NCBI RefSeq assembly: GCF_009914755.1
Contig: NC_060935.1
From: the human T2T-CHM13v2.0 reference genome, Homo sapiens
Strand: one strand, 5' to 3'
DNA: 64,000 nucleotides
A program made the translations under genes and the position numbers. Below, in pieces: positions 41,589 through 62,479 of this stretch. The notes under the pieces were generated by a model. That model saw only the letters and a program-made list of their open reading frames with translations. It was not told the DNA's origin and did no database searches. Every line of letters starts with the position of its first letter. The stretch's first letter is position 1.

Positions 41589-42060
41589 TCACTTGCAGTG
41601 AGCTGATATTATGCCACTGCACTCCAGCCTGGGTGACAGGGTGAGACCCTGTCTCAAAAAAAAAAAAAAAAAAAAAAAAAGAGCAAGCCTAGATCCCTGA
41701 TGGTCATCTCAGCCCTGTCCTGCCTATGAGAAAGAATTAAACTTTGCTCCTGTTTTAGCCACTGTTACTTTGCATTTTGGTCACTCATCCTAATATATAA
41801 AATTAAAAAACTAAAAACAGGTTCTTTGTAACTATTTCTGTTGTGTACTAATCATCAATCGAGTCATGAATATAAAGAGCTCTTTTAAAAAATATGTCTA
41901 AACCACAATCTAATCCAAATATAAACAGACCATAAAACCGTGTGTGAATGTAGACCAATAAAGTCAGAATATCAAGCCTAGTAACCAACACCAGAATTCA
42001 GAACAGTCAAGCTGAGTGTAACAGCACTAACTCTGTCAGATGAAGGGATGATTACCCTAC

Positions 42061-42218
42061 CTGATGGTGAATTCCAGCAGCTCCTGGGCTCCCTGAGGGT
42101 CCAAGTGCTGAAGACTATACACTCTTTCAAGGCTCTGCTGCAGGAACTGCTGGGAAGGATCCTCTTGAGGTATGATGCTGGGAGAAACAGCTGATGACAC
42201 CAGTTTTCTACCTGGTAA
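42061..42218 (-). CDS. INTS4: INTS4 coding exon (probable exon 15)
   Basis: gcttag|TTA...ATCAG|gtaggg; 158 nt; LPGRKLVSSAVSPSIIPQEDPSQQFLQQSLERVYSLQHLDPQGAQELLEFTI(R). Confidence 0.95.
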
Positions 42219-42996
42219 CTAAGCAGAGTGGGATTACAGAGTCATTAAGTTTGGTGGCTCAGCTTTTGGTAACACACACACAAACACATAAAAGCACATT
42301 AAAAACGTGAGCTAAACAAAACAAAGGGGAAAAAAGGCTAGGATATTCTATAAATAACATTTCTCCCCTTCCTCAGCAACATTGGGAGTTAAAGAGAAAG
42401 AGACAAAATGCAAACATGGTCTACCCAATACAGCCACAGCTGCCAGGAGAAAAACAGAAAGATATAATATTTTCTATTGCTAACTGAAATAAATGGGCCA
42501 ACCCTAGGAAGGAGACTAAAAATTGAACTGTTGTTACATTTTTTTTTTTTAGACAGAGTTTCACTCTTGTTGCCCAGAGTGCAATGGTACCATCTCGGCT
42601 CACTGCAACCTCCGCCTCCCAGGTTCAAGCGATTCTCTTGCCTCAGCCTCCTGAGTAGCTGGGATTAGAGGTGGCCGCCCCCACACCCAGCTAATTTTGT
42701 ATTTTTAGTAGAGACAGGGTTTCTCCATGTTGGTCAGGCTGGTCTCGAACTCCTGACCACAGGTGATCTGCCTGCCTCGGCCACCCAGAGTGCTGGGATT
42801 ACAGGCGTGAGCCACTGCACCCGGCCACATTTATCTTTAAAACACTATCTTATCTTTCACTTGAAGGAAGAATAATTATTTATTCCCAAATAAATTTATA
42901 TAGCATATAATTTTTTCATGAGAATAATTTTTTTTTATTTTTGGCCTAGCCCTACAGATATACTTATTCTTACTGTTAAAAGTGGTTACCTTTTAA

Positions 42997-43317
<321 letters not shown>

Positions 43318-43387
43318 TAGATTACAGGTATGAGCCACCGCACCTGGCCTCATTTTGTATTTTCTATAAAGTTTAAATTTTCTAACC

Positions 43388-43588
43388 ATATATATATATA
43401 CACATATATATACATATACATATACACATATATATACATATATATACACACATATATATACACATATATATACACATATATATACACACATATATACACA
43501 TATACATACATATATACATATATATACATATATATACATATATATACACATATATATACACATATATATATATACACACATATATATA
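43388..43588. repeat. Compound (TA)/(CA) microsatellite, about 200 bp
   Basis: catatatatatatacacatatatatacat... alternating purine-pyrimidine run. Confidence 0.97.
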
Positions 43589-43945
43589 AATGTTCCTCTA
43601 AATAAACACATATTACTCCAAATAAAGTGATTTGGAGTCACCCAAGCAGGGATGAGTTAATGCAAATAGAGAGATTGGAAGAGTACCTGAGCCACAGCAT
43701 TCACGAAGTGTTTGCTATTATTATTATGATCTATTTTTAAATTTTCTTCTATATAACTCTAGGTTTTAAAAATAGTAAAGGTTTTATTTTTAAAAAATAA
43801 GCACTTGTGGAGAATCATAGCTATATGTAATAGTTAAAATATAACAATTTAGGCTGGGTGTGGTGGCTCATGCCTGTAATCCCAGCACTTTGGGAGGCCG
43901 AGGCAGGCAGATCACGAGGTCAGGAGATCAAGACCATCCTGGCTA

Positions 43946-44195
<250 letters not shown>

Positions 44196-44620
44196 CTAAA
44201 ATATAATCTATTGTTCCAGGTTCCTTTCTTCTTGCCTAATATCAATAACCCAGGGACACCAAAAAAAATGAATCATCTTAAAAGGTAAAGGATGCAAAAG
44301 CAAAAGTATAAAACAATGGCAAAGAGCCCAAGAGAGAAAGAGAATGAACAAACAAGTTTTCAGAGAATATATGGACTGCTTTCTACTATTTAATAACCAC
44401 AAAGCACAAAAAATAAAAAGCCAAAAACAAGCTGCACACAGTGGTGCTCACCTGTAATCCCAGTGACTTGGGAGGCTGAGCCAGGAGGATGGCTTAAGCC
44501 CAGGAGTTTGAGACCGCCCTGGGCAACATAACAAGACCCCCATCTCAAAGGAAAACATGAACAAAAATAACCCTACCCCATGCAAAATAAAAACAAGGAC
44601 AACAGATGTTTTCAACATAC

Positions 44621-44754
44621 CCTCAAGGCAGGAACAAGATGAGAAAGACTGTCTCGGAGGTAGGCATAGTGCCTGAAGGTGTGATCTGAGAACAATGCTG
44701 GCATTGTTGGACAGGTTTTAGCAGCATTGAAAATAAGTACCAAAACTGCAATAT
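44621..44754 (-). CDS. INTS4: INTS4 coding exon (probable exon 14)
   Basis: atcag|AT...AGG|gtatgt; 134 nt; (Y)IAVLVLIFNAAKTCPTMPALFSDHTFRHYAYLRDSLSHLVPALR. Confidence 0.95.
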
Positions 44755-45635
<881 letters not shown>

Positions 45636-45751
45636 AAGCTGGATCATCCATGTCTGGTTCAGCTGTGTCAAAAAATGGGTGGGTGCTCAGAAGCTCTGGC
45701 ACCAAGGGAAGCACCAGGGTTGGATGCCGACTTCCCAGAAACTTCAAGCAC
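45636..45751 (-). CDS. INTS4: INTS4 coding exon (probable exon 13)
   Basis: tttcag|G...GCTT|gtatcctc; 116 nt; CLKFLGSRHPTLVLPLVPELLSTHPFFDTAEPDMDDPA(Y). Confidence 0.95.
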
Positions 45752-47021
45752 CTGAAACAAACAAATAAGAATGCACATCAACAAATTAGTAAAGTTAGTC
45801 CTTTGAAAAGTACTAGGAACTGGAATCAGAAAACCTGAACTGGAATTGGAAATTCTCAACCATATACTTTTGCTAACTCTATGACTTCAGATAAGTCACC
45901 CAGTTATTCTGGAACTCGGTTAATTCATCTAAAAAAACTGGTTATTATAAAGATAAAAGAACTGGTTATTTAACCAAGAGCCATTTCCCCCATCTTTCTT
46001 CCTGAGAGAGCCCTGATTTTACTCAGGTATCAGGCAGGCAGCAAAGTGCTCGGAAAAGGCAGGTCCAGCCCAAGAGCTGAACCACTATTGGTCTAAACCC
46101 ATCATGGCAATCCCATTCCCATTTTCCAGTGACTGGTTTGCTGGTGGGCAAGTAAGCCAGTTCTAGACAATGGAGCACGAGAGTATGCTGGCTGGGGAGC
46201 TTCTCAGGGATGTTTTTGCAAATCAAAAGAGCAATGCATGAAAGGGAATGACCCTTCCTTTCTGTCTTGAGATATTATCTTATGAGGCAGCCATCTTACA
46301 ACTATGAGAAGAAAGCCGGCCGGGTGTGGTGGCTCACGCCTATAATCCCAACACTTTGCGAGGCCGAAGTGGCTGGATCAGGAGGTCAAGAGATCAAGAC
46401 CATCCTGGCCAACATGGTGAAACCCCATCTCTGCTAAAAATACAAAAATTAGCTGGGCATGGTGGCACGGGCCTGTAGTCCCAGCTACTCGGGAGGCTGA
46501 GGCAGGAGAATCACTTGAACCTGGAAGGCGGAGGTTCAGTGAGCCAATATTATGCCAATGCACTCCACCCTGGCGATAAAGAGAGACTCTGTCTCAAAAA
46601 AAAAAAAAAAAAAAAAAGCCAAGAGAACTGCAGAGAAACCAAAGAGAGCCCTGGTAACCTGTTGAATGACGAATCCTGAAACCAACCTTCTGACCACTTG
46701 TTATGAAAAAACAGACTTATTGGCTAAGATATTTTTAATCAGATTGTCTTTTTTATTTGTGGGCAAAAACATTCTGATTGATATCCTGGGTGAAGTCCTG
46801 AAATCACAGATCTGTCTGAAACTAAGTAGCCTTATGCAAGTAAATTTTTTCATCTACAAAATGAGATTAAAAGTCATTACTTCATAGAGTTGCTATACGC
46901 ATTAAATAACTAACATAAAGTACTTAGCAAAGTGTCTGTCACATAGTAAGAACTCAATGTTAGCTATTATAACTACATGAGGGCCCTTTATAAACTATAA
47001 GGAACTATAAAAGCAAGGTAA

Positions 47022-47198
<177 letters not shown>

Positions 47199-47533
47199 TA
47201 GGCCCGGCAGATTTTTGCATTTTTAGTAGAGATGAGGTTTCACCATGTTGGCCAGGGTGGTCTTGAACTCCTGACCTCAGGTGATCCACCCGCCCCAGCC
47301 TCCCAAAGTGCTGGGATTATAGGCGTGAGCCACTGCACCCAGCCAATTTAGTGCACCTTCTAAACCAGAACTTAATGAATAAAAAATAATAAGGCCAGGC
47401 ACAGTGGCTCATGCCTGTAATCCCAGCACTTTGGGAGGCCGGGGCAGGGGGATCACCTGAGGTCAGGAGTTCAAGACCAGCCTAACCAACATGGTAAAAC
47501 CCCATCTCTACTAAAAAAAAAAAACAAAAATTA

Positions 47534-47653
<120 letters not shown>

Positions 47654-48030
47654 TCAGAGTGACAGAGCGAGACTCCGTCTCAAAAAAAAAAAGTAACAAA
47701 ACAAAACACTATATAGGAGAAAGAGGAAATCTAATTAATTTATTTCTATACTTGTAACAGCTACCACAAGGGTTGGTGCATAGTCAGCACACAGCAGGCA
47801 CATAATATTTGCTAGGTGGATAGATGCACAAATTAGTAAGTAATCTAAAATGTGATACTCAGCTTAGGAATCAGATTCCTGAGAGTTCGGTTAAGTTGAA
47901 TCAGGTTTCTAAAGTAAAGGCAAAATTCAGGGCCGTACTATCCTCAATCTATAAGGACGGAACAAATGTCAGCATTATACATTTACCACATTATGGGACT
48001 CAGTGAGTAAATGGGCAAAAAAGTCATTAC

Positions 48031-48173
48031 TTCCATATGGAGTCCCTATCAGTAGGGTACTTGGTTAAATTTTTCAGCAGCTCCACCAATGCAAGATGAA
48101 TCCCTTCTTTGGTTGAAACATTAGTACAGCATAAGAGTTCATGAAGAGCCTCTCGAATATCTCTGGATGAATC
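48031..48173 (-). CDS. INTS4: INTS4 coding exon (probable exon 12)
   Basis: aaag|GAT...TGGAA|gtaatg; 143 nt; DSSRDIREALHELLCCTNVSTKEGIHLALVELLKNLTKYPTDRDSIW(K). Confidence 0.95.
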
Positions 48174-48489
48174 CTTTTAAAAAAAAAGTAATAATAACAG
48201 TAGTTACTGTTGGTTAGCAGACTCAGCCTCTATCTACCATCCCCTTCTACCCAGCCACCTTCCCATCTAGGGTGGCCATGTAACAAAGTATGTGGAAGTT
48301 TTTTAGCTGAAATTCCTGAAATATCTTTCATTTTATTGATAAAGGACCAGAGGCAGTAGCTTTATCCCCTTTGTTCTTTAACCTTCCTTTTCCATCCTAT
48401 CTGGAACTCAATCATGATGCTGAAGGTACAAGAGCCTTTTTGCAACTAGGAAAAAGGACAGGCTAAGAAGAAAGGCTAAGAGAGAGGCT

Positions 48490-48809
48490 GGGAATGGCCA
48501 GTTAGCAGAACACTCAGAACACACATACTTATTAAGTTTGCCATCTTATACAGGCACAGTTTGTGGCATCCCAAAACAATTACAACAGTAACATCAAAGA
48601 TCACTGATCACAGATCACTGTAACAGATGTAATAATGAAAAAGTTTGAAATATTGCAAGAATTACCAAAATGTGACACAGACATAAAGTGAGCACATGCT
48701 ATTGGAAAAATGGCACCGATAGACTTGCTCAATGCATGGTTGCCGCAATCTCTCAATTTATTAAAAAAACACAATATCTGCAAAGCCCAATAAAGAGAGG
48801 TATACCTGT
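48490..48809 (-). mobile_element. Tigger1 terminal fragment
   Basis: taacatcaaagatcactgatcacagatcac...aggtatacctgta terminus. Confidence 0.8.
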
Positions 48810-49807
48810 ATGTGTTAAATGGAGGAGTGAGGGAAAAAGTCAATCTATCTGAAGTGAATTTCAAGATTTCAAGAATGAGAAATATTAAAAGAGAGGCAAA
48901 TCGAAATGTCACTCCTATCCATAAAATTCTGCAACAGTTTTCCATAATGTTAGAATAAAATCCAGACATCTTAAAATGGCCTACAAGGCTCTCCACCTGT
49001 CCCTAATCCCCTCTCAGACTTCATCTCATGCCACATTTCTACTTTCTCACTGTGGTTCACTCCTACTGGCTTTCTCTCTATTCTGCAAACACAACAAAGC
49101 TCACTTGTGTTTTAGAGCCTTTCCACTAGCTGTTGCCTCTACCTGAAGTTATTCTCCCAGTCTTCACATAGCTAGCTTCTGTTTATCATTCAAGACTCAA
49201 CTTGAACATCATCTCCTCAGAAAGTCTTTACTAACCACTCAAATTACAGAGAAATTCCCCATTCCTCAATCATACTGTTTATCTTCTGCAAAACATTTAT
49301 CACCATCTGAAATCATTTTGTTTGTTTACTCCACCTCTCTTTAGAATATAAGTTTTATGACAGCAGGGATCCTGCCTGTTTTGATATCCCTATATTTCTA
49401 ATACATAGACAGTGCTTGTTGAATAAAGAAGTGAATTTTTCTAGGCAGGGTAGGATCTTGACATAGCAGGAAAAAAAAAAAGGCAAATTCCAGCTGGAAG
49501 GGTCAGCAAGGTAAGGCTCAAAGCAATGAAGCCCAGTGACACAGAAAATATAAGGGAGAAGTACACAGCAGGGTGGAAGAATAGTCTACTGTAAGTTTAT
49601 ATTGGTCTGAACTCCTGAAAAGAATTAAAAGGCAAGGATTCTTTGTGAGTTATACACATAAGTACTCACAAATAAGCATACCTGTGAACAATTCTGTACA
49701 TCAAAACATAGCTTGGAACATAGCTCAGCTACTCAGCAAACACTTACCGAGCACCTAATTGTGCCAGACACTGCTGCAAGACATTGGTAATAAAAAAATG
49801 AAGAGTC

Positions 49808-54100
<4,293 letters not shown>

Positions 54101-54759
54101 AAAAGTTAATTAAAAATAAATAAATAATATGTCACAGATTCCCTATGGGTACAGAGCAGAGAAAAGGAATCTACTATACTATATTTTTAAAAAGACTGAT
54201 TCTCAGCATCTGCACATGTATAATTGGATCCAGACTTAGCTACCTATTAGGTTTGTACTTAGTACTAAAGATACAAAGATGAACAAAAGCAAGACTATCC
54301 CCCAGGCTTACAAACAAGAACAGTTAATTGCATTACAGAGTGATGACTGTTGCCATGGAAAAGCACAGGGAATGTAAGAAAATGCATATGAAGAAATATA
54401 GCTCAATCAATGGGATCAGAGGTGGCTTTCTGTAATATGTGATCCCTAAAAACAATAACTAAAAGAGCTGCTAAGCCAAAAGAAAGAAAAAGACCTTTCT
54501 AGAAGAAAAGCTGCATGCACAAAGTCCCAAAAAGGAGGGAGAAGATGGATAAATTAGAAGACTAGAAGTATGTGAGGCACTACACTAGAGTGAACAGCCA
54601 GTGAAATAAGGCTCCATTTCATTCCCAGCAATGCATCCCTAAAACCCAAATTTTCCCAGAACTGTATAAATGTGATAAAATTAGAAAGCTGTCATACCTG
54701 ATACCTGGTTATGGTATACTCACTTTTTAAACTTAAGTTAATTTGATTACATCTTAATA

Positions 54760-54884
54760 ACATTTGTAACACGAAGGATAAATCCTTGAGGAGATGGATA
54801 CCTATTCTATATGATGTGATTATTTCATATTTCATGCCTGTATCAAAACATCTCATGTACCCCTTAAATATATATACTAGTATG
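54760..54884 (+). mobile_element. L1MA-type 3' end fragment
   Basis: gcctgtatcaaaacatctcatgtacccc motif typical of the L1MA 3' UTR. Confidence 0.7.
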
Positions 54885-56395
54885 GAACCAAAAAAGGGCC
54901 CACATAGCCAAGACAATTCTAAGCAAAAAGAACAAAGCTGGAGGCCTCATGCTACCTGACTTCAAACTATACTACAAGGCTACAGTAACCAAAACAGCAT
55001 AGTACTGGTACCAAAACAGATATATAGACCAATGGAACAGAATAGAGGCCTCAGAAATAACACCACACATCTACAACCATCTGATCTTTCACAAACCTGA
55101 CAAAAACAACCAACAGGGAAAGGATTCCCTATTTAATAAATGGTGTTAGGAAAACTGGCTAGCCATATGCAGAAAACTGAAACTGGATCCCTTCCTTACA
55201 CTTTATACAAAAATTAACTCAAGATGGATTAAAGACTTAAACATAAGACCTAAAACCATAAAAACCCTAGAAGAAAATCTAGGCAATACCATTCAGGACA
55301 TAGGCATGGGCAAAGACTTCATGACTTAAACACCAAAAGCAACGGCAATGAAGCCAAAACTGACAAATGGGATCTAATTAAACTAAAGAGCTTCTGCACA
55401 GCAAAAGAAACTATCATCAGAGTGAACAGGCAACCTACAGAATGGGAGAAAATTTTTGTAACCTATCCATCTGACAAAGAGCTAATATCCAGAATCTACA
55501 AGGAACTTAAACAAATTTCCAAAAAACAAAACAAAACAAAACAAAAAACCATGACCCCATCAAAAAGTGGGCAAAGGATACAAACAGACACTTCTCAAAA
55601 GAAGACATTTATGCGACCAACAAACATATTAAAAAAAGCTCATCATCACTGGTCATTAGAGAAATGCAAATCAAAACCACAATGAGATACCATCTCACAC
55701 CAGTTAGAATGGCGATCATTAAAAAGTCAGGAAACAACAGATGCTGGAGAAGATGTGGAGAAACAGGAACACTTTTACACTGTTGGTGGGAGTGTAAATT
55801 AGTTCAGCCATTGTGGAAGACAGTGTAACGATTCCTCAAGGATCTAGAACCAGAAATACCATTTGACCCAGCAATCCCATTACTGGGCATATACCCAAAG
55901 CATTATAAATCATTCTACTATAAGAACACATGCACACATATGTTTATTGCAGCACTATTCACAAGTAAAGACTTGGAACCAACCCAAAGGCCCATCAATG
56001 ATAGACTGGATAAAGAAAATGTGGCACATATACACCATGGAATACCACGCAGCCATAAAAAAGGATGAGTTCATGTTCTTTGCAGGGACATGGCTGAAGC
56101 TGGAAACCATCATTCTCAGCAAACTAGCACAAGAACAGAAAACCAAACACCACATGTTCTCACTCATAAGTGGGAGGTGAACAATGAGAACACATGGACA
56201 CTGAAGGTGGGGGGGCATCACACACTGGGGCCTGTCAGGGGGTGGGGGGCTGGGGGAGGGATAGCATTAGGAGAAATACCTAACGTAGATGATGGGTTGA
56301 CGGGTGCAGCAAACCACCATGGCACGTGTATACCTATGTAACAAACCTGCACGTTCTACACATGTACCCCAGAACTCAAAAGTATAAAAAAAAGT
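54880..56395 (+). mobile_element. 5'-truncated older L1PA (about PA7-PA8)
   Basis: Decayed ORF2 3' region and 3' UTR ggtgcagcaaaccaccatggcacgtgtatacc, A tail. Confidence 0.93.
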
Positions 56396-56458
56396 ATTTA
56401 AAAAATCTTAATGGCAAACTGAAAACTGTATAACTAAATCATATAAATGTTAAAAGTG

Positions 56459-57692
56459 GCCCTCTCCCTGTCCCTCTCCGTCCCCCTCTCCATCCCCCTC
56501 TCCCCACAGTCTCCCTCTCCCTCTCTCTCCACGGTCTCCCTCTGATGCCGAGCCCGAAGCTGGACTGTACTGCCACCATCTCGGCTCACTGCAACCTCCC
56601 TGCCTGATTCTCCTGCCTCAGCCTGCCGAGTGCCTGGGATTGCAGGCGCGCGCTGCCACGTCTGACTGGTTTTCGTATTTTTTTGGTGGAGACGGGGTTT
56701 CGCTGTGTTGGCCGGGCTGGTCTCCAGCTCCTAACCGCCAGTGATCTGCCAGCCTCGGCCTCCTGAGGTGCTGGGATTGCAGACGGAGTCTCGCTAATTC
56801 AGTGCTCAATGTTGCCCAGGCTGGAGTGCAGTGGCGTGATCTCGGCTCGCTACAACCTCCACCTCCCAGCCGCCTGCCCTGGCCTCCCAAAGTGCCGAGA
56901 TTGCAGCCTCTGCCCGGCCGCCACCCCGTCTGGGAAGTGAAGAGCGTCTCTGCCTGGCTGCCCATCATCTGGGATGTGAGGAGCCCCTCTGCCCTGCCGC
57001 CCCCTATGAGAAGTGAAGAGCCCCTCCGCCCAGCAGCCGCCCGTCTGGGAAGTGAGGAGCGTCTCCGCCCGGCAGCCGCCCCGTCCGGGAGGTGGGGGGC
57101 GCCTCTGCCCGGCCGCCCTGTCTGGGAAGTGAGGAGCCCCTCTGCCCGGCAGCCACCCTGTCTGGGAGGTGTGCCCAGCAGCTCATTGAGAGCGGGCCAT
57201 GATGACAATGGCGGTTTTGTGGAGTGGAGAAGGGGGAAATGTGGGGAGGGGATGGAGGGGTCGGATTGTTGCTGTGTCTGTGTAGAGGGAAGTGGACTTA
57301 GGAGACTCCATTTTGTTCTGTACTAAGAAAAATTCTTCTGCCTTGGGATGCTGTTAATCTATGACCTTACCCCCAACCCCGTGCTCTCTGAAACATGTGC
57401 TGTGTCCACTCAGGGTTAAATGGATTAAGGGCGGTGCAAGATGTGCTTTGTTAAACAGATGCTTGAAGGCAGCATGCTCTTTAAGAGTCATCACCACTCC
57501 CTAATCTCAAGTACCCAGGGACACAAACACTGCGGAAGGCCACAGGGTCCTCTGCCTAGGAAAACCAGAGACCCTTGTTCACTTGCTTATCTGCTGACCT
57601 TCCCTCCACTATTGTCCTATGACCCTGCCAAATCCCCCTCTCTGAGAAACACCCAAGAATGATCAATAAATACTAAAAAAAAAAAAAAAAAA
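56459..57692 (+). mobile_element. SVA retrotransposon (older subfamily, SVA_A/B-like)
   Basis: CCCTCT hexamer head, antisense Alu-like region, GC-rich VNTR (ccgtctgggaagtgaggagc), SINE-R, AATAAA and poly(A). Confidence 0.96.
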
Positions 57693-57908
57693 AGAATGAT
57701 GCAAATGCCTAGATCTGCACATTTCTAAAAGGGTGACTGCAGGGAGACAAATCCCAGAGGGAAGAGACAAACATGAGAATGTTGTTGTGTTGGAGAGGTG
57801 GGATTACGGATGTTTTCTTCTTTTCAAAATTTCCATGACTGTTGTTACATTGCCATTGAATTCAATAATAAAGAGCATTAAAACTCAAAAATAAAAAAAT
57901 AAAAAAAT
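57693..57908 (+). mobile_element. Probable SVA 3' transduction with a second poly(A) tail
   Basis: About 195 nt of non-SVA sequence, AATAAA at 57867-57872, A-rich tail, then AAAAGTG (57909-57915) matching 56452-56458. Confidence 0.75.
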
Positions 57909-58399
57909 AAAAGTGATGAAATTCAGTTGTAGAAACGAAACAAAGCAAAAATGCTAATAGAAACAAAATAGGTTTCAGTTACTCATTTTAGAGTAAAATA
58001 GGTTTTAATAACTGGACTTCCTTATTATCCAATATTATTTAAACTGTAATTCATATTTTAAGTTCACAGAGAATCAAAAAGCAGAGGTAGATTTACTTTC
58101 TATACATATGGAACATTTTAGAACAAATGATAAGATAACCCAATTCTTAACATCTACTGATGAAAAACTTTCTTTCAAAAATAATATTCTTGCCCTTCTA
58201 AGAAGTAGTTCTATCCTGAGGTATGATTTTGTAGGCACTTTTAAGACCTCGCACAGGTCTCCGGCACAAATTTACTGTAAAATGTGGACAATCAACATTA
58301 CCTCACCAGGTCTGTTACCCTTGCTGATAATGAAGAGGCTGGAGTCAATCATCTCAAAGCACTGAAATTCTGAGATGTACATGAGACAGATAGCATATG

Positions 58400-61480
<3,081 letters not shown>

Positions 61481-61936
61481 TATAAAGGTTTGGCAGTCAG
61501 ACATACCTAGGTTTAAATCTTGCTCTGTCTCTTATTAGCTGGGTAATATCAAGTTATTGTTTTTATTAATATCAATTTTAATTACCAATTATTAAGTGCT
61601 TATTATAAATAGGCACGTGTATTATGCCAAGTGCTTTATGTATACAGAACCTCATTTAATTCTCACAACTCAGAAAGATAGTTATTATTATCCCTGTTTT
61701 ATAAAAATGCTGGAATTTAAATACAGATTGACTGAACCCAAATCTCTTGCTCTTTACCATTGTCTCATACTACTGGGGCCTCAGTCTCTTCTGTGTGTAA
61801 AATAAAAAGCATAGTAAGTACTTCCCAGAGTTACTGTGAGGACTAAATGAAACGATACATGTGTATCACCCAGTATAATGCCTGACACACAGCAGTCACT
61901 TAAAGAGTGCTATTGCTATTATACAGTCATACTTAC

Positions 61937-62111
61937 CATACATCTCATCTTCCAACCCATGAACAAAAGCTCCACAAGCTCCTGACTCAATCAAGTTCAC
62001 AGCCCCGGTATCTACTTCTTCCTTGGGAGCATCATCTCCCCACTTTCTGCCACTGGAAAACTCCCCCGAACTGTAAAGTTCCTTGGCACGCTCATGTGCA
62101 GTACGTTTCCT
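61937..62111 (-). CDS. INTS4: INTS4 coding exon (probable exon 10)
   Basis: ctgcag|AGG...TATG|gtaagt; 175 nt; RKRTAHERAKELYSSGEFSSGRKWGDDAPKEEVDTGAVNLIESGACGAFVHGLEDEMY, recognised as INTS4; phase 0 to 1. Confidence 0.96.
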
Positions 62112-62479
62112 CTGCAGAGGACAACAACAATTACCAATTGTAGGAGGTTCATGAAGGAACACTAAGATGAACCCTGAGAACATGGGAAGGCAGAAAATAA
62201 AACTGCTCTTTGAGAGTTACGTTTGTAAAAATTATCAGTAGTTCATACAAGAGAAATGCAAATTCAACTTAAAATGAAACCAAAGCCTTGCTGGTCTATA
62301 ATAGCTGAAAGTACCTAATTAAAGAGGATAAAGATAGCTGAAGAATGTGTTAAGAAAGTCGGTTATGTTTGCTGTGGCAGCAACATAGGAAAGAGAGAGC
62401 CAGAGAGGCAAATAATGGCAGTGCCCCTCCAAAAGCCATCTTGGGTAGACAATACGTTGACTCTAAGAAAACAATTATC

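Noticed and set aside
56618-57662. 174-196 aa GC-rich ORFs
   Set aside because: Read-through of SVA Alu-like, VNTR and SINE-R sequence
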